A stretch of 64,000 nt of DNA from Candidatus Brocadiia bacterium JP1 (GCA_051388875.1 JBMFFR010000003.1:36687-100686), one strand, 5' to 3'; shown: positions 45,309 through 55,616, counted from the stretch's first letter. Numbers and translations: made by a program. Notes: generated by a model from the sequence alone, not told the origin.

Positions 45309-45746
45309 CTACTGTTTTGGATATAGTGCCCTCTGGCGTAACTCCTCCGCATTCTTTAGCAACTCTGCACGAATTTCTTTAGGGGGTCTAAACTCTTTAG
45401 GTTCAAGTGTAAAGTTAAAGGTTCTTTCATCTTTTAAGGTTACTGGCACGATTAGCTCTGTGGCTAAATCAATCGGGAAAAATTGATAGTAGGGAGGGTT
45501 AAGATTTGCCATCATAGTGAGCCTGTTGTGCGTGAGTCTTCCATCACTATCCCTTTTTTCTATAGTAATCTTTCTAACTCCGTAGTAGGTGAAGGGCATC
45601 TTAACAGGGCTTTCCCCTACAAGTTGGTCATCCAGAAATATCTGGGCACCAGGCGGGTCTGTGTTTATCACCATATTCCTGGTAACGCAACCACCCCAAA
45701 TAAACATTGATACGAGGATTAAAATCTTATTAAAGGAAAAACACAT
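45309..45746 (-). CDS. PEGA-domain protein, probable lipoprotein
   Basis: PEGA-like DPPGAQIFLDDQLVGESP. The signal sequence ends in WGGC. Confidence 0.65.
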   Translation of the reverse strand: MCFSFNKILILVSMFIWGGCVTRNMVINTDPPGAQIFLDDQLVGESPVKMPFTYYGVRKITIEKRDSDGRLTHNRLTMMANLNPPYYQFFPIDLATELIVPVTLKDERTFNFTLEPKEFRPPKEIRAELLKNAEELRQRALYPKQ

Positions 45747-46200
45747 GGGCCTCTAGACTCTCCAGGTTTATCACTCCAGCGGAAGGTCTGTTAAACACCC
45801 AGCCCCCGCACTCCCCAGGGTTTATGAAGAGGGGCTTGCCTTCTTTTATCTCAAATTCGTGGGTATGGCCGTAAATGAATATATCAGCTTGCTCAATCAA
45901 TTTCTGCCGTACTTGTTCCTTATAGTGGGCTAGAAGGATACGCCTCCCGGCAAGCTCAAAAAGGTAGGGAGGTTCGTGTACTTCTTTACAAAGTGCCCTG
46001 AGACCGATTTTCTCGCCGTCGTTATTACCAAAAACTCCTACCAGCCTGATACCGGATTTAAGTAACGCCTTCATAGCAAATGGCGCCACAAAATCTCCGG
46101 CGTGGAGGATACACTCCACCCCTTCCTTAAAGAACTTCTCAACAGCCTTCTGGATTGTGTTGAGGTTATCGTGAGAGTCTGCAAGTACACCAACTTTCAT
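45730..46200 (-). CDS. YfcE/MJ0936-family metallophosphoesterase
   Basis: Motifs DSHDN, GDFV, GNNDG and GHTH. Confidence 0.88.
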   Translation of the reverse strand: MKVGVLADSHDNLNTIQKAVEKFFKEGVECILHAGDFVAPFAMKALLKSGIRLVGVFGNNDGEKIGLRALCKEVHEPPYLFELAGRRILLAHYKEQVRQKLIEQADIFIYGHTHEFEIKEGKPLFINPGECGGWVFNRPSAGVINLESLEAHVFFL

Positions 46201-46377
46201 AATCTCTATACCTCAAGAATTTTATACTTCATCATGTTTTCCTCTTCTGTTTATTCCTCACCTACACCTATACCATATCTGTACACCCAGAAGGTGAACA
46301 GCCATAGACCGTAGAACCACCTTCAGCCGAGGGCTTTACTATTACGTTGTTTTTCCGTTGAAATTCCTCAAAATAAC

Positions 46378-46471
46378 TGGCGGAGAGGCCGGGATTCGAA
46401 CCCGGGGAAGAGGAAATAACCCCTTCAATGGGTTAGCAACCCACCGCTTTCAGCCGCTCAGCCACCTCTCC
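46378..46471 (-). tRNA. tRNA-Ser (GCU), long variable arm
   Basis: The reverse complement folds as acceptor GGAGAGG, anticodon loop UUGCUAA, a long variable arm and T-arm GGGUUCGAAUCCC. CCA is encoded. Confidence 0.9.
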
Positions 46472-46627
46472 ACATTAGAAAAATACAATATATATGCCAA
46501 AAGAATTATATCCTTTGCTACTTTAGGGGTCAATTAAAAATAAAACATGACAGTAGATACGTCTAAGCAGATACTTCTGGCCCCTTGGGTAATAGTATAT
46601 ATAGGAGTGTAGAGTCGGCCTTTCTGC

Positions 46628-47182
46628 TTAAATTACCCCTAAGCCCTTCATTAAGAAGAGGATCTTTGCCGAGTCCTCAAGGGCTGAGGTGTAACAGAGG
46701 GCCTCCTCAAGGGTTTTTCCTACTGAGAAACTTCCGTGCCCCTTAACCATCACTACTTTATACTCCCGAAGTAATTCGGCCACTATTCTGCCAACCTCTT
46801 TAGAGCCTACGACCTCTGTGGTATCTATTATCGGCACTTCTCTAAGTAAAATAGCCCCTTCTGCATCCCTGGGCCTTATATTTTTTTCTACCAGGGACAG
46901 GGCGATGGCATGGGGTGGGTGGGCATGAAGGACTGCGCTTGCCGTTGAGTGGAGGTATATCTCCCTGTGTACAGGTAACTCAAAGGAGGCACGCTTTACT
47001 GCGGGACCAGTTTCATTCAACCCTAGCTTTATAATGTCTCCCCTATTTAGACAACCTAACATACTGGCATGACGGGTTATAAAGATTTTGTCATTTTTCC
47101 TTATACTTGCGTTGCCGCCGTGTGAGGTGATTAGGCCCAGGTAGAGTAATTGCTGGCCAACTCGTTGGAATATTTTTAGCAT
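46628..47182 (-). CDS. Class II aldolase/adducin-family protein
   Basis: SHGGNAS and the metal-binding HAHPPHA context. Confidence 0.8.
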   Translation of the reverse strand: MLKIFQRVGQQLLYLGLITSHGGNASIRKNDKIFITRHASMLGCLNRGDIIKLGLNETGPAVKRASFELPVHREIYLHSTASAVLHAHPPHAIALSLVEKNIRPRDAEGAILLREVPIIDTTEVVGSKEVGRIVAELLREYKVVMVKGHGSFSVGKTLEEALCYTSALEDSAKILFLMKGLGVI

Positions 47183-47601
47183 TTGTTATAGGACATAATG
47201 ATGTAAGTGCTTATATTATAATATGTTACTAACATAAACAGCCCCAATGAAGCCTATTAAACTCTTGGCAAAGATACACAAAGTAAGTTAATTAGGCAAG
47301 GGCGTTTTTAGCTAACTGGATTTTGGATAAACGTTTGTACATTATCTAATTTTTTGGCCTAAGAGGTTTTGCTTTTTAAGATGTGTGTTAGGGGTTTCTC
47401 TTTTTTTCGCTAAAGGATTATTTTATAAATGCTTCCGGTGCAACTGTTTTCTGGGTGTATGATTCTGTCGGAGTTAGGTGGAAGCGTGTTTGACATAAAA
47501 GCATATATTTGTTATAAAATCTTTTCTATTCTGATAGTAAGGTTTAAATAAATATAAGAGGAGGATTAAAGATTTTTTACGCAGCATTATTAACAGCGGG
47601 T

Positions 47602-48288
47602 ATGATTCTTACAGGTTCTTATTCCTTGGCTGAGGAATGTTTACAGGATGGCATCTTGGGGCTTACCATGGAGGCTGTCCACGCCAAGTTTGGTCCACCT
47701 ACTTATTATTATCTTGAAGAGGTACCTTATCGCAGGTACTGGCTTTATCCGGTAGAGGATGCAAGTAAGGTAGAGCCAATGTTTTGGGCAGACCCTTCTA
47801 TCCCAAGGGACGATGTATTTCCTGTGGAAAAGGCGGGCAAAAAGTTCCTTTACAGGGTTCAATATGCTTGGGATAAGCGCCAAGAGCCACATGTACAAAA
47901 GGTGAAGAAATACAGGGTTTACCTGAAGGATAATTCCGTGGAACTTCAAGATCTTGCTAACGCAGTCAGCGAGTTTGCTCCGGGGGTAAGGGGCGACATC
48001 TTATGCTTTAAGAGCCGTCAGATTAATACTAACAGGGTGATTGTGACCTTTTTATTGCCTGAGACCTCTGAACTGGCTGGCTTGATAGCTAATAACTTTA
48101 GGGAGCCTGCTCAGTCTAATGCAGAGCAATGGGGGGTCTCTTATGAGGTGGTTCTCTGCGACGGAGAAGAAGATGTATCCCTTAAGAGCAAGGTGTATGA
48201 GGTTATAATAAGTCCTGGCAGCAAGCGCCGTTTTCTGGGCTTTAAGCGACTGGGATATAGTGAGATTGCTAACCCGTTTTCTTCTTAG
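47602..48288 (+). CDS. Hypothetical protein (possibly starting upstream at ATT 47572)
   Basis: Long ORF behind a good promoter (TTGACA-17-TATAAA near 47490-47520) and GGAGG at 47560-47564. No family was recognised. Confidence 0.55.
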   Translation: MILTGSYSLAEECLQDGILGLTMEAVHAKFGPPTYYYLEEVPYRRYWLYPVEDASKVEPMFWADPSIPRDDVFPVEKAGKKFLYRVQYAWDKRQEPHVQKVKKYRVYLKDNSVELQDLANAVSEFAPGVRGDILCFKSRQINTNRVIVTFLLPETSELAGLIANNFREPAQSNAEQWGVSYEVVLCDGEEDVSLKSKVYEVIISPGSKRRFLGFKRLGYSEIANPFSS

Positions 48289-48360
48289 GTCTCAAAGATA
48301 TTAGGGTGGGCTAGTTGGCATAGAAATAAGGGTTAGTACCAAAAATGCGGGTAAATTAAA

Positions 48361-48618
48361 TTGAAAAAGAAGACAATTATTCTGGGTTTAGGGCTGGATT
48401 GTAAGGACGGGCACAAGAGGATTACAAAGGGGGAGGAGTTTCTCGTTTACGGGGGTTCCCAGGAAACCCATGAGCATATGGTTGAAAAGGCGCAAGAGTT
48501 TAATGAAGCTGTGAAAGAGACTGGCAAGTCATATAGCGAACTATCTAAAAAAGAGTACTTAAAGATAATTGAAAAGATAGGTGAGTCTAAGCTCCACTGG
48601 CTCTGTCCTGAAGACTAG
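48361..48618 (+). CDS. Hypothetical 85-aa protein
   Basis: TTG start with a weak RBS. Charged and soluble. Confidence 0.4.
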   Translation: MKKKTIILGLGLDCKDGHKRITKGEEFLVYGGSQETHEHMVEKAQEFNEAVKETGKSYSELSKKEYLKIIEKIGESKLHWLCPED

Positions 48619-48703
48619 GGGCAAGGGCATTCTTCCTTTTATATCCCCTCTGTTCATCTACTACATTTCTGACCTTTTAGCGTCTTGACCATGTATTTTT
48701 GAA

Positions 48704-49999
48704 ATGGACACAATAACCACGCTCAGGAAAAAAGTAAAGGAAAGTCTTAAATTTGCCTTTGTAGAGGGGGCACCGACGGGTATTGCTTTTGGCATAATGG
48801 ATAATTTTGTAAATCCATTGGCAGTAGCTCTTGGGGCTAATAACATCCAGATAGGTATACTTAACTCCCTGCCAAGGCTCTTTGTGTCGCTATTTCAGCT
48901 AAAGACGGCAGATATAGTAGAGAGGCTTGGTTCAAGGAAGAGGCTTATAGTGCCAATGGTTTTTCTGCACGCCCTTTCTTTTTTATCCATTGCCTTTACA
49001 ACCTTTTTACCCAGAGATAAAGCCCTTGTGTTGTTAATCTTTGGCTATGCATGGTGTATGGTATCTGCCCATTTTGCTGGGCCTGCATGGGGGTCAATGA
49101 TGTCCGAGCTTGTACCTGTGAGGCGTAGGGGAAGCTATTTCGGCAGACGAGACAGGTTGCTGGGTTTAGTCTCTGTCCTGAGTATTTTCCTAGCCGGGCA
49201 TTACTTGAACTGGAAGAAGGAGGAGGTGCTAGCCGGTTTTTTTGTGACTTTTCTAGTAGCAGGCATAGCAAGGGCGTGCTCTGGTTATCTTATTACGAAG
49301 ATTTATGACCCGCCCCTAAAAATTAAAGGGGAACATTATTTCTCTTTCTGGGACTTCTTGAAGAGGGTTCCAGAGGGTAACTTCGGGCAATACGTGGCTT
49401 TTGTGGCTGTTATCCACTTTGCTGTTCTGATGTCAGGACCCTTTTTTGCGGTGTTCATGTTGAGAGACCTGCAATTTTCCTATCTTACCTATTCTATGCT
49501 GATGATGATGGCTCAGCTTTGTGCTATTCTCTCAGGGCCATTTTGGGGGAGGTATGCCGACAAGGTGGGTAATCTCAGGGTACTAAGAATCTGTTCCTGT
49601 ATTTTACCGATTCTGCCCATGCTATGGATTGTGTCCCAGGATATACGTTACCTCTTTTTTGTCCAGATCCTTAGTGGGATGACCTGGGGAGGATTTAACC
49701 TCTGCGCAGTGAATTTTGTCTACGAATCCGCCATTCCCGAAAAGCGGACCAGGTGCATTTCCTATTATAATTCTATTAATGGCATAGCTGCCTTTGTGGG
49801 GGCATTCTTGGGGGGATTTCTGGCCAGTCACCTTCCCCCTATAGAGGGTTATCGTCTGCTATCACTATTTTTACTTTCCGGTACCCTAAGGGCGCTGGCT
49901 GGAGTATTCCTGCTGACCAGGGTGAAGGAGGTAAGGTGGTTGGAACTTCCTAACAAACTTGAGACCGGTCGTCTGGTAAGGGTTGAAACCAGACTCTAG
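48704..49999 (+). CDS. MFS transporter
   Basis: About 12 TM segments with an MFS-like loop RRRGSYFGRRDR between TM2 and TM3. Confidence 0.8.
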   Translation: MDTITTLRKKVKESLKFAFVEGAPTGIAFGIMDNFVNPLAVALGANNIQIGILNSLPRLFVSLFQLKTADIVERLGSRKRLIVPMVFLHALSFLSIAFTTFLPRDKALVLLIFGYAWCMVSAHFAGPAWGSMMSELVPVRRRGSYFGRRDRLLGLVSVLSIFLAGHYLNWKKEEVLAGFFVTFLVAGIARACSGYLITKIYDPPLKIKGEHYFSFWDFLKRVPEGNFGQYVAFVAVIHFAVLMSGPFFAVFMLRDLQFSYLTYSMLMMMAQLCAILSGPFWGRYADKVGNLRVLRICSCILPILPMLWIVSQDIRYLFFVQILSGMTWGGFNLCAVNFVYESAIPEKRTRCISYYNSINGIAAFVGAFLGGFLASHLPPIEGYRLLSLFLLSGTLRALAGVFLLTRVKEVRWLELPNKLETGRLVRVETRL

Positions 50000-50013
50000 G
50001 GGAGAGACTGCCG

Positions 50014-51240
50014 ATGATTAAGGCCCTCCTGATATTTTTCCTCACTTACTTTATCATCTCTGCGCAGCGGATTAGCTGGTTATGGCTAGATAGGCCCACC
50101 GGTGCCTTGCTGGGCGCAGTGCTTATGGTGGGCCTTGGGGTAATGCCACTGGAGGAGGCTTATAGGGCCATTGACTTCAATACAATAGTGCTGTTACTGG
50201 GGATGATGATAGTCATAGCTTATTTAAAGATAGCTAATTTCTTTGAGTATCTAGCTTATGCACTGCTAAATTGGTCCCGGAGCGCAGGTGGCTTATTATG
50301 CTTTGTAAGTTTATTCAGTGCCGTACTTTCTGCTCTCTTTATAAACGACACCATTTGTCTGCTCTTTACACCATTACTCCTTACCGCCCTGAGTAAGACC
50401 AGTTTAAACCCTGTACCCTTCCTTATCGCCCTTGCCACTTCTTCCAACATAGGTAGCGTGGTAACACTAACGGGCAACCCTCAGAATATGATTGTGGGTG
50501 TACTCTCTGGTTGGTCTTATTGGAAATTTTGTCTATACATGTTGCCAATCGGGTGTCTTGCCCTGATACTCAATGTAACAGTAATATATTTCTTCTTTCG
50601 CAAGGACCTGGCACAGCGGGGATTTGACCATCTAGACCTCTCTGTACCTCTGCTGGACGGAGACCTTATGACAAGGCTTGGTATAGTCTTGGTGGGTATT
50701 TTTCTGGGTTTTACCTTTTCAAGAAACCTGCCCCTTGTCTCACTGATGGGTGGTACGGCTGCGCTGGTGTTTTCTGGAGTTAAGCCCTCTTATGTTATGG
50801 AGAGGATTAACTGGTCTCTCTTGTTGTTTTTTGCTTGTCTATTTATAGTGGTGAGCGGGGTAAAGAAAGTGGGGGTTGTAGACATGCTTTACATGTGGAT
50901 AGAGCCCCTTTTGGGTCAATCCCCCTCTGAGCAGATAGTGGGTTTCAGTATATTTTCTGTGGTGGCCTGTAATCTTGTATCTAACGTGCCTTACGTAATC
51001 CTGGCCAGTCAGTGGATAGATAGGTTCTCAGACCCTCTTGTGATGTGGTTAGTGTTGGCTATGTCCAGCACCTTTGCAGGAAATCTTACTATTGTAGGCT
51101 CAGTTGCCAATATGATTGTTATGGAGCTTTCAAGGGATACTGTTCACATCGGGTTTTTAGAGTTTTTAAAGGTGGGGCTTACCGTTACCTTACTTTCTGT
51201 AACCGTGGGTGTGGTAATAATAATTACCTTTTTTTGTTAG
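50014..51240 (+). CDS. ArsB/NhaD-superfamily (citrate-transporter-like) anion permease
   Basis: Polytopic protein with ...LTGNPQNM... and ...GSVANMIV... hairpin motifs typical of this superfamily. Confidence 0.8.
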   Translation: MIKALLIFFLTYFIISAQRISWLWLDRPTGALLGAVLMVGLGVMPLEEAYRAIDFNTIVLLLGMMIVIAYLKIANFFEYLAYALLNWSRSAGGLLCFVSLFSAVLSALFINDTICLLFTPLLLTALSKTSLNPVPFLIALATSSNIGSVVTLTGNPQNMIVGVLSGWSYWKFCLYMLPIGCLALILNVTVIYFFFRKDLAQRGFDHLDLSVPLLDGDLMTRLGIVLVGIFLGFTFSRNLPLVSLMGGTAALVFSGVKPSYVMERINWSLLLFFACLFIVVSGVKKVGVVDMLYMWIEPLLGQSPSEQIVGFSIFSVVACNLVSNVPYVILASQWIDRFSDPLVMWLVLAMSSTFAGNLTIVGSVANMIVMELSRDTVHIGFLEFLKVGLTVTLLSVTVGVVIIITFFC

Positions 51241-51292
51241 TATGTATAGAAGTGCTTCAGTATTTCTAGAAAGGAGCGAACACAAAGCATTT

Positions 51293-51925
51293 TCAGTGTA
51301 TTTCCAGGATTTTTTCCTTCTCCAGGGCCTTTTCTATTATCTGGAGTCTGTTTTTAATAGCCCCTATTTCTTTGCCAAAGTGCTGATATTCTAGTCGTAA
51401 CACCCTTACCTCCTCAATCATGAATTCCCTGACATTTGCCTGTGACTTTAGGGATGCTGCCACCTGCATCTCCAGATTTTGCTTTATGTTTTCTATCCTG
51501 TTGGCCAAAGCTTTTAGTTCTACATCGCTGTCAAGATAGCCACGCTCATGGATAGTTTTTAAATGTTTTATCGTTTTTTCCATTGCATCTAACTGTGCAA
51601 GCTCTTTTTCAATTGTTGACCTTAAGCGAAAGGTTTCTTCCCTTATCTCGTTTATGTCTTTAAGTCCAGAAACAATTTCCTGCCATTGCAAGAGTTTTGT
51701 ATTTATTGTTTCTAAAGATGTCTGTATACCTTTAAGTTGCTCTTCCAGGGCGATTTGCCCCTTTCTTAGCTCTTCCTGACCCGTAGTTGTTTCAGTTATT
51801 TGTTTGTTAACGGTCTCCTGCAATGTTGAGGTCTCACCTCTCACATATTCCTCAACCCACTTCTGAGAGGTGCAGCCCTGACAAAAACCAATAAAAAGCA
51901 TCAAAAATAGCGCTGTTTTTTTCAT
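51293..51925 (-). CDS. Secreted coiled-coil protein
   Basis: Signal peptide followed by heptad-rich sequence. Confidence 0.6.
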   Translation of the reverse strand: MKKTALFLMLFIGFCQGCTSQKWVEEYVRGETSTLQETVNKQITETTTGQEELRKGQIALEEQLKGIQTSLETINTKLLQWQEIVSGLKDINEIREETFRLRSTIEKELAQLDAMEKTIKHLKTIHERGYLDSDVELKALANRIENIKQNLEMQVAASLKSQANVREFMIEEVRVLRLEYQHFGKEIGAIKNRLQIIEKALEKEKILEIH

Positions 51926-52054
51926 TTTTCCCTCTAATTAAGTTCTCAAATAAATTATTTTGTATTATTTCTATAAAAAATTGAATCATATGGGAAGAAA
52001 TAAATTGCTATCTGGTGCTGGTATGGGTGAAGTAACTGTTTTGTTAATAATGTC

Positions 52055-52849
52055 TTAGGGCGTGTAAGAATTATTTTTCAGCATCTCCTTTAACTCCAAG
52101 GCATTCTTTACTGCCCACCCCTCAGCGTCGTTGTTAAAATATATATATGCACGCTTACCTTGTGCTAACAAATCTTTGACCCTCTTGGAATCTTTCCTGA
52201 GGAACGCCTTGTTGTAACGACCTGCGTAGGGGCCCAATTCACCCTGTGTACCGTGACGTCTGAGGTAGGCGAAGTCGGCCGTTATAGCTAGGTTCTGGGG
52301 CATGCCCGGCCAGTCGGCCTCACAAACGGCCATGTTGGCCTCCCCGAGTAAGTTATAAATTTCCTCATCAATCCAACTGGTGTCTCTGAACTCAAAGGCA
52401 TGGCGATACGCACTATAAGGTCTTAGTAATTGAATGAAGTCTTTTAGTCTCTCCACGTTCTTTTTGTAACGAGGAGGTAATTGCCATAGGACCACTGAAA
52501 GTTTTTCTTTTAAAAGGCATGCCCTGCTGAAATATAGTTGTGAGGGTTCCTTACAGTCTTTTAGCTTTTTTACGTGTGTAATGAACCTACTACCTTTTAA
52601 GGCAAAGGTAAAGCCTTTGGGGGTCCTTTCATACCACGATTTAAAGGCTTCCTCCGAGGGCAAACGGTAGAAGGCCACGTTGATCTCTACCGTATCAAAG
52701 TACTCCACGTAATATTCAAGCCACTTCCTTTGTGGGAGACCCTCGGGATAGAAAACATCCCCTCCCCAGTGGTCATATATGAAACCACTCGTGCCTACAA
52801 ATGCGGCGGGGGTCTTTCGTGCTTGCTTTACGGTGTGTTCTTGTATCAA
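52055..52849 (-). CDS. DUF72 (YecE-like) protein
   Basis: GTSGFIYDHW...YPEGL...WLEYY...FDTVEINVAFYRLP is typical of DUF72. Confidence 0.88.
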   Translation of the reverse strand: MIQEHTVKQARKTPAAFVGTSGFIYDHWGGDVFYPEGLPQRKWLEYYVEYFDTVEINVAFYRLPSEEAFKSWYERTPKGFTFALKGSRFITHVKKLKDCKEPSQLYFSRACLLKEKLSVVLWQLPPRYKKNVERLKDFIQLLRPYSAYRHAFEFRDTSWIDEEIYNLLGEANMAVCEADWPGMPQNLAITADFAYLRRHGTQGELGPYAGRYNKAFLRKDSKRVKDLLAQGKRAYIYFNNDAEGWAVKNALELKEMLKNNSYTP

Positions 52850-52861
52850 TCTCTTTTATAA

Positions 52862-54013
52862 TCACTGTTTCTTAGCAGTAGAATCTTTAAGCTTATGTCT
52901 TAGCTCTTCCAGATATGCACTATCCGTAAGTAAACGTGGAGCATCGTATGCTTTATCTATTTCTACTACTCTTTCCATCAATTTTACGGCTTCTTCAATC
53001 TCGTTCCGCTTTTCTTTGGCACGGGCTATAAAGCCAAGTGTGGTTGCCTCCCCTGAAGGGTCTTTTATTTTCTGCAGGATTTTTAAAGCCTTTTGGTGAT
53101 AATACTCTGCATCAGAATATTTACCCATCCCATAATAGATATGGCCGACATAGTTTAGTGTATCAAGCTCTTCTTGACCAGTTTCGGTTTTCCCAAAAAT
53201 TTTCAGGGCCTCCTTGAAGTAGTCAAGTGCCTCAGGATATTTTCCTTGTTTGTAATTCAGCACTCCAATAGTACTCAGAGCGAGCCCCTCGCCGATGCTA
53301 TCACGTGTCCGCTTGAAAAACTGTTGTGCCCCCTGCAAACAAGGTAGTGCTTTATCATAGCTCTCCTGTTCAAGGTTAATCACGCCGATAGTGTAGAGTG
53401 TGAAGCCCTGCCCTGGGCGGTAGCGTGCCACGTTAAAGGCGTTAAATGCCTTTTGCAGGTCTAGCAGGGCTTGTTGAAGGTCACCCGTTCGGTGGCGCAA
53501 AACCAAGGCCCTTTTGAAGTAGGCGTGGCCCTGGATACTGCCCCATTTCCTGTTCTCCAAAACCTTTAGACTCTCATTATAGGCCAGCTCCGCTTCCGCC
53601 CACCTCTCTTCGTCAAAGTAGGCATTGCCAAGGTTGTAGTGTAGATAGGCTTTGGACTCAGAGTCATCGGGTACGTATATGAGCGCTTCCTGGAATTTCT
53701 CAATAGGCACAGCACGCCCCTTCTTGAGTGGATTGAATGCCTGAACACCCTCTGCAAAAAGGGTCTTTGCCCTTGCTTGAATATCAGGGTCAAATATGGT
53801 TTGAAGGAGTTCTTGTACTAGCTTTCTATTAAACACCTCTTCGGTTATGTTGACATGAGAATTTATGGTAATTGTGCCTCCTGGTTTTATCCGCACGGTG
53901 AATTCCCTGGCTTCTGGAACGGATTCAGCATGCACCACAGGGGAAATTAATCCCACTGCCAGTATTAAAACTATGGCGATGATAAAAATAGTGGTGTTCC
54001 GGTTTGACATCAT
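52862..54013 (-). CDS. Membrane-anchored TPR repeat protein
   Basis: The start MMSNRNTT overlaps the stop of the upstream nitroreductase (ATGATG/TGA). One TM anchor and several TPR units. Confidence 0.75.
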   Translation of the reverse strand: MMSNRNTTIFIIAIVLILAVGLISPVVHAESVPEAREFTVRIKPGGTITINSHVNITEEVFNRKLVQELLQTIFDPDIQARAKTLFAEGVQAFNPLKKGRAVPIEKFQEALIYVPDDSESKAYLHYNLGNAYFDEERWAEAELAYNESLKVLENRKWGSIQGHAYFKRALVLRHRTGDLQQALLDLQKAFNAFNVARYRPGQGFTLYTIGVINLEQESYDKALPCLQGAQQFFKRTRDSIGEGLALSTIGVLNYKQGKYPEALDYFKEALKIFGKTETGQEELDTLNYVGHIYYGMGKYSDAEYYHQKALKILQKIKDPSGEATTLGFIARAKEKRNEIEEAVKLMERVVEIDKAYDAPRLLTDSAYLEELRHKLKDSTAKKQ

Positions 54014-54543
54014 TCTATAACCACAATGGCCTTTTCTTTTGGCATCCTTCTTGGTGCAATGGGGTGTTCGGCTGGGTAGCCGACAGGGATTATTGCCACT
54101 GGACGCAGGTAGCTTGGGAGTTTCAGAATTTCGGTGACACCCTCTTCCTGGAAGGCCCCTATCCAAACAGTAGCAAGGCCAAGCTCATGGGCCACAAGTA
54201 GCAGATTTTGGATGCTGGCGGCAACGTCCTGTAAGGCATATAGTTCCTTGCCGCGACTGCCGTAATAGGTCCCTATCCTGTGGTCTGCACAGCAGACTAC
54301 TACCAGAGGTGCCTCAGCGATAAAACTCTGCCCCCAGGCGGATTTTACCAGTTGTTCCTTTATATGTTTATTATAGATGAAACAAAATTTGCGGCTCTGG
54401 AGGTTTCCTGCACTAGGGGCCCATATCAGGGACTCTATTAGCTGGTCCACTAAGTCCTTGGGGATAGGCTTACTCTGGAAGCGTCTGATACTGCGTCTTT
54501 CCTTTATTACCTGTAGCACGGTCATTGGTTCATCTCCCTTCAT
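54010..54543 (-). CDS. Nitroreductase-family flavoprotein
   Basis: RRSIRRF motif and PSAGN. An alternative start lies at 54525. Confidence 0.85.
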   Translation of the reverse strand: MKGDEPMTVLQVIKERRSIRRFQSKPIPKDLVDQLIESLIWAPSAGNLQSRKFCFIYNKHIKEQLVKSAWGQSFIAEAPLVVVCCADHRIGTYYGSRGKELYALQDVAASIQNLLLVAHELGLATVWIGAFQEEGVTEILKLPSYLRPVAIIPVGYPAEHPIAPRRMPKEKAIVVIE

Positions 54544-54735
54544 ACTTATAGGCTGTTTTCAAACATTCTAATAAATTACTGGGCAGCTTGCCAGTTATAG
54601 AAAAGCAGGAGCCAAAAATTTGTAACTCACAGCCCTATATTTCATAAGGACTTGCAAGATTTTACTTGACAACTATACAAGGTGTGGTATTATTTTTATG
54701 CTTTTTGACAACAAGTAGTATATAGGACGCAATCC

Positions 54736-55206
54736 ATGCAATGCCCCTTTTGCAAGCAGGACAATGACAAGGTAATCAACTCCAGACCTGCCATGGATGG
54801 GCTGAGCGTAAAGAGGCGAAGGGAGTGCCTTGAATGCGGCAGGCGATACACCACCTATGAGCGTGTAGAGCAGACCCCCCTAAGAGTTATAAAAAAGGAT
54901 GGGCGCAGGGTGCCCTTTGACAGGAGTAAGATTCGTTCGGGTATAGAAAAGGCGTGCGAAAAGAGGCCTGTGCCGGCAGAAAAAATAGAGACGGTTGTGG
55001 GTGAGATAGAGAGGGATATATATCAGAAGTTTGATAAAGAGGTGCCCACCAAATACATTGGCGGACTGGTGATGAATAAACTCAAAACCCTTGACCACGT
55101 GGCATACGTCCGATTCGCAAGCGTCTATAAGGAATTCAAAGACCTCTCTGAATTTATGGAAGAGGCCAAGGCCTTGATGGGGAAGAAGGAAGAGAGAAGA
55201 AGGTAA
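54736..55206 (+). CDS. nrdR: Transcriptional repressor NrdR
   Basis: Zinc ribbon CPFC...CLEC followed by an ATP-cone. Confidence 0.95.
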   Translation: MQCPFCKQDNDKVINSRPAMDGLSVKRRRECLECGRRYTTYERVEQTPLRVIKKDGRRVPFDRSKIRSGIEKACEKRPVPAEKIETVVGEIERDIYQKFDKEVPTKYIGGLVMNKLKTLDHVAYVRFASVYKEFKDLSEFMEEAKALMGKKEERRR

Positions 55207-55246
55207 TTATAAATGACAAATAAAAAACTTTAAGGGGGGAGAATGT

Positions 55247-55504
55247 ATGAAGGTGCTTGTAACGGCGATTGTAAACGGTGATACTTTTGAGGCAGTTTGC
55301 GAAGGACAGCCTATGCGCGTGCGTATAGCAGGCTACGATGCAGCAGCAGGGAGCGCGGTGGCCTTCTTCGCCAGAGAAACCCTTGAGGCCAAAATACTGG
55401 GACGATGGGTCAGGTTGGTACTAAGAGGGAAGGACGATTACGGCAGAATGGTTGCGGATGTGTATGTATTAAACCAAGAGGTAGTAGTGTGCGAAACGCC
55501 CTAG
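55247..55504 (+). CDS. 85-aa truncated SNase/OB-fold-like protein
   Basis: Strong SD AAGGGGGGAG. VNGDTF...VRIAGYDAAAG...DDYGRMVADVYV parallels staphylococcal nuclease (DGDT...VRLxGVDTPE...DKYGR), but the TPE segment is replaced. Confidence 0.5.
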   Translation: MKVLVTAIVNGDTFEAVCEGQPMRVRIAGYDAAAGSAVAFFARETLEAKILGRWVRLVLRGKDDYGRMVADVYVLNQEVVVCETP

Positions 55505-55616
55505 TTAGAGGTTGCAGGATTAAGACGTGCGAGACAAGCTCGCACGCTACAAGGATAAAAGTTAAATGTTTAGTAGGTAAGCCTACAGAAACACCATCGC
55601 ATAACGGAGGAAACCC

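Noticed and set aside
46378-46471. Long-variable-arm tRNA as a candidate tRNA-Sec to go with the TGA-containing gene
   Set aside because: The anticodon loop reads UUGCUAA (anticodon GCU, serine), not UCA. The acceptor stem is the normal 7 bp.
54600-54735. NrdR boxes upstream of nrdR
   Set aside because: Only a weakly palindromic ACAACTATACAAGGTGT overlapping a TTGACA-16-TATTAT promoter was found. There is also a TTGACAAC direct repeat 39 nt apart (54666 and 54705). Neither the sequence nor the spacing fits my memory of the acaCwAtATaTwGtgt tandem boxes well enough to call.
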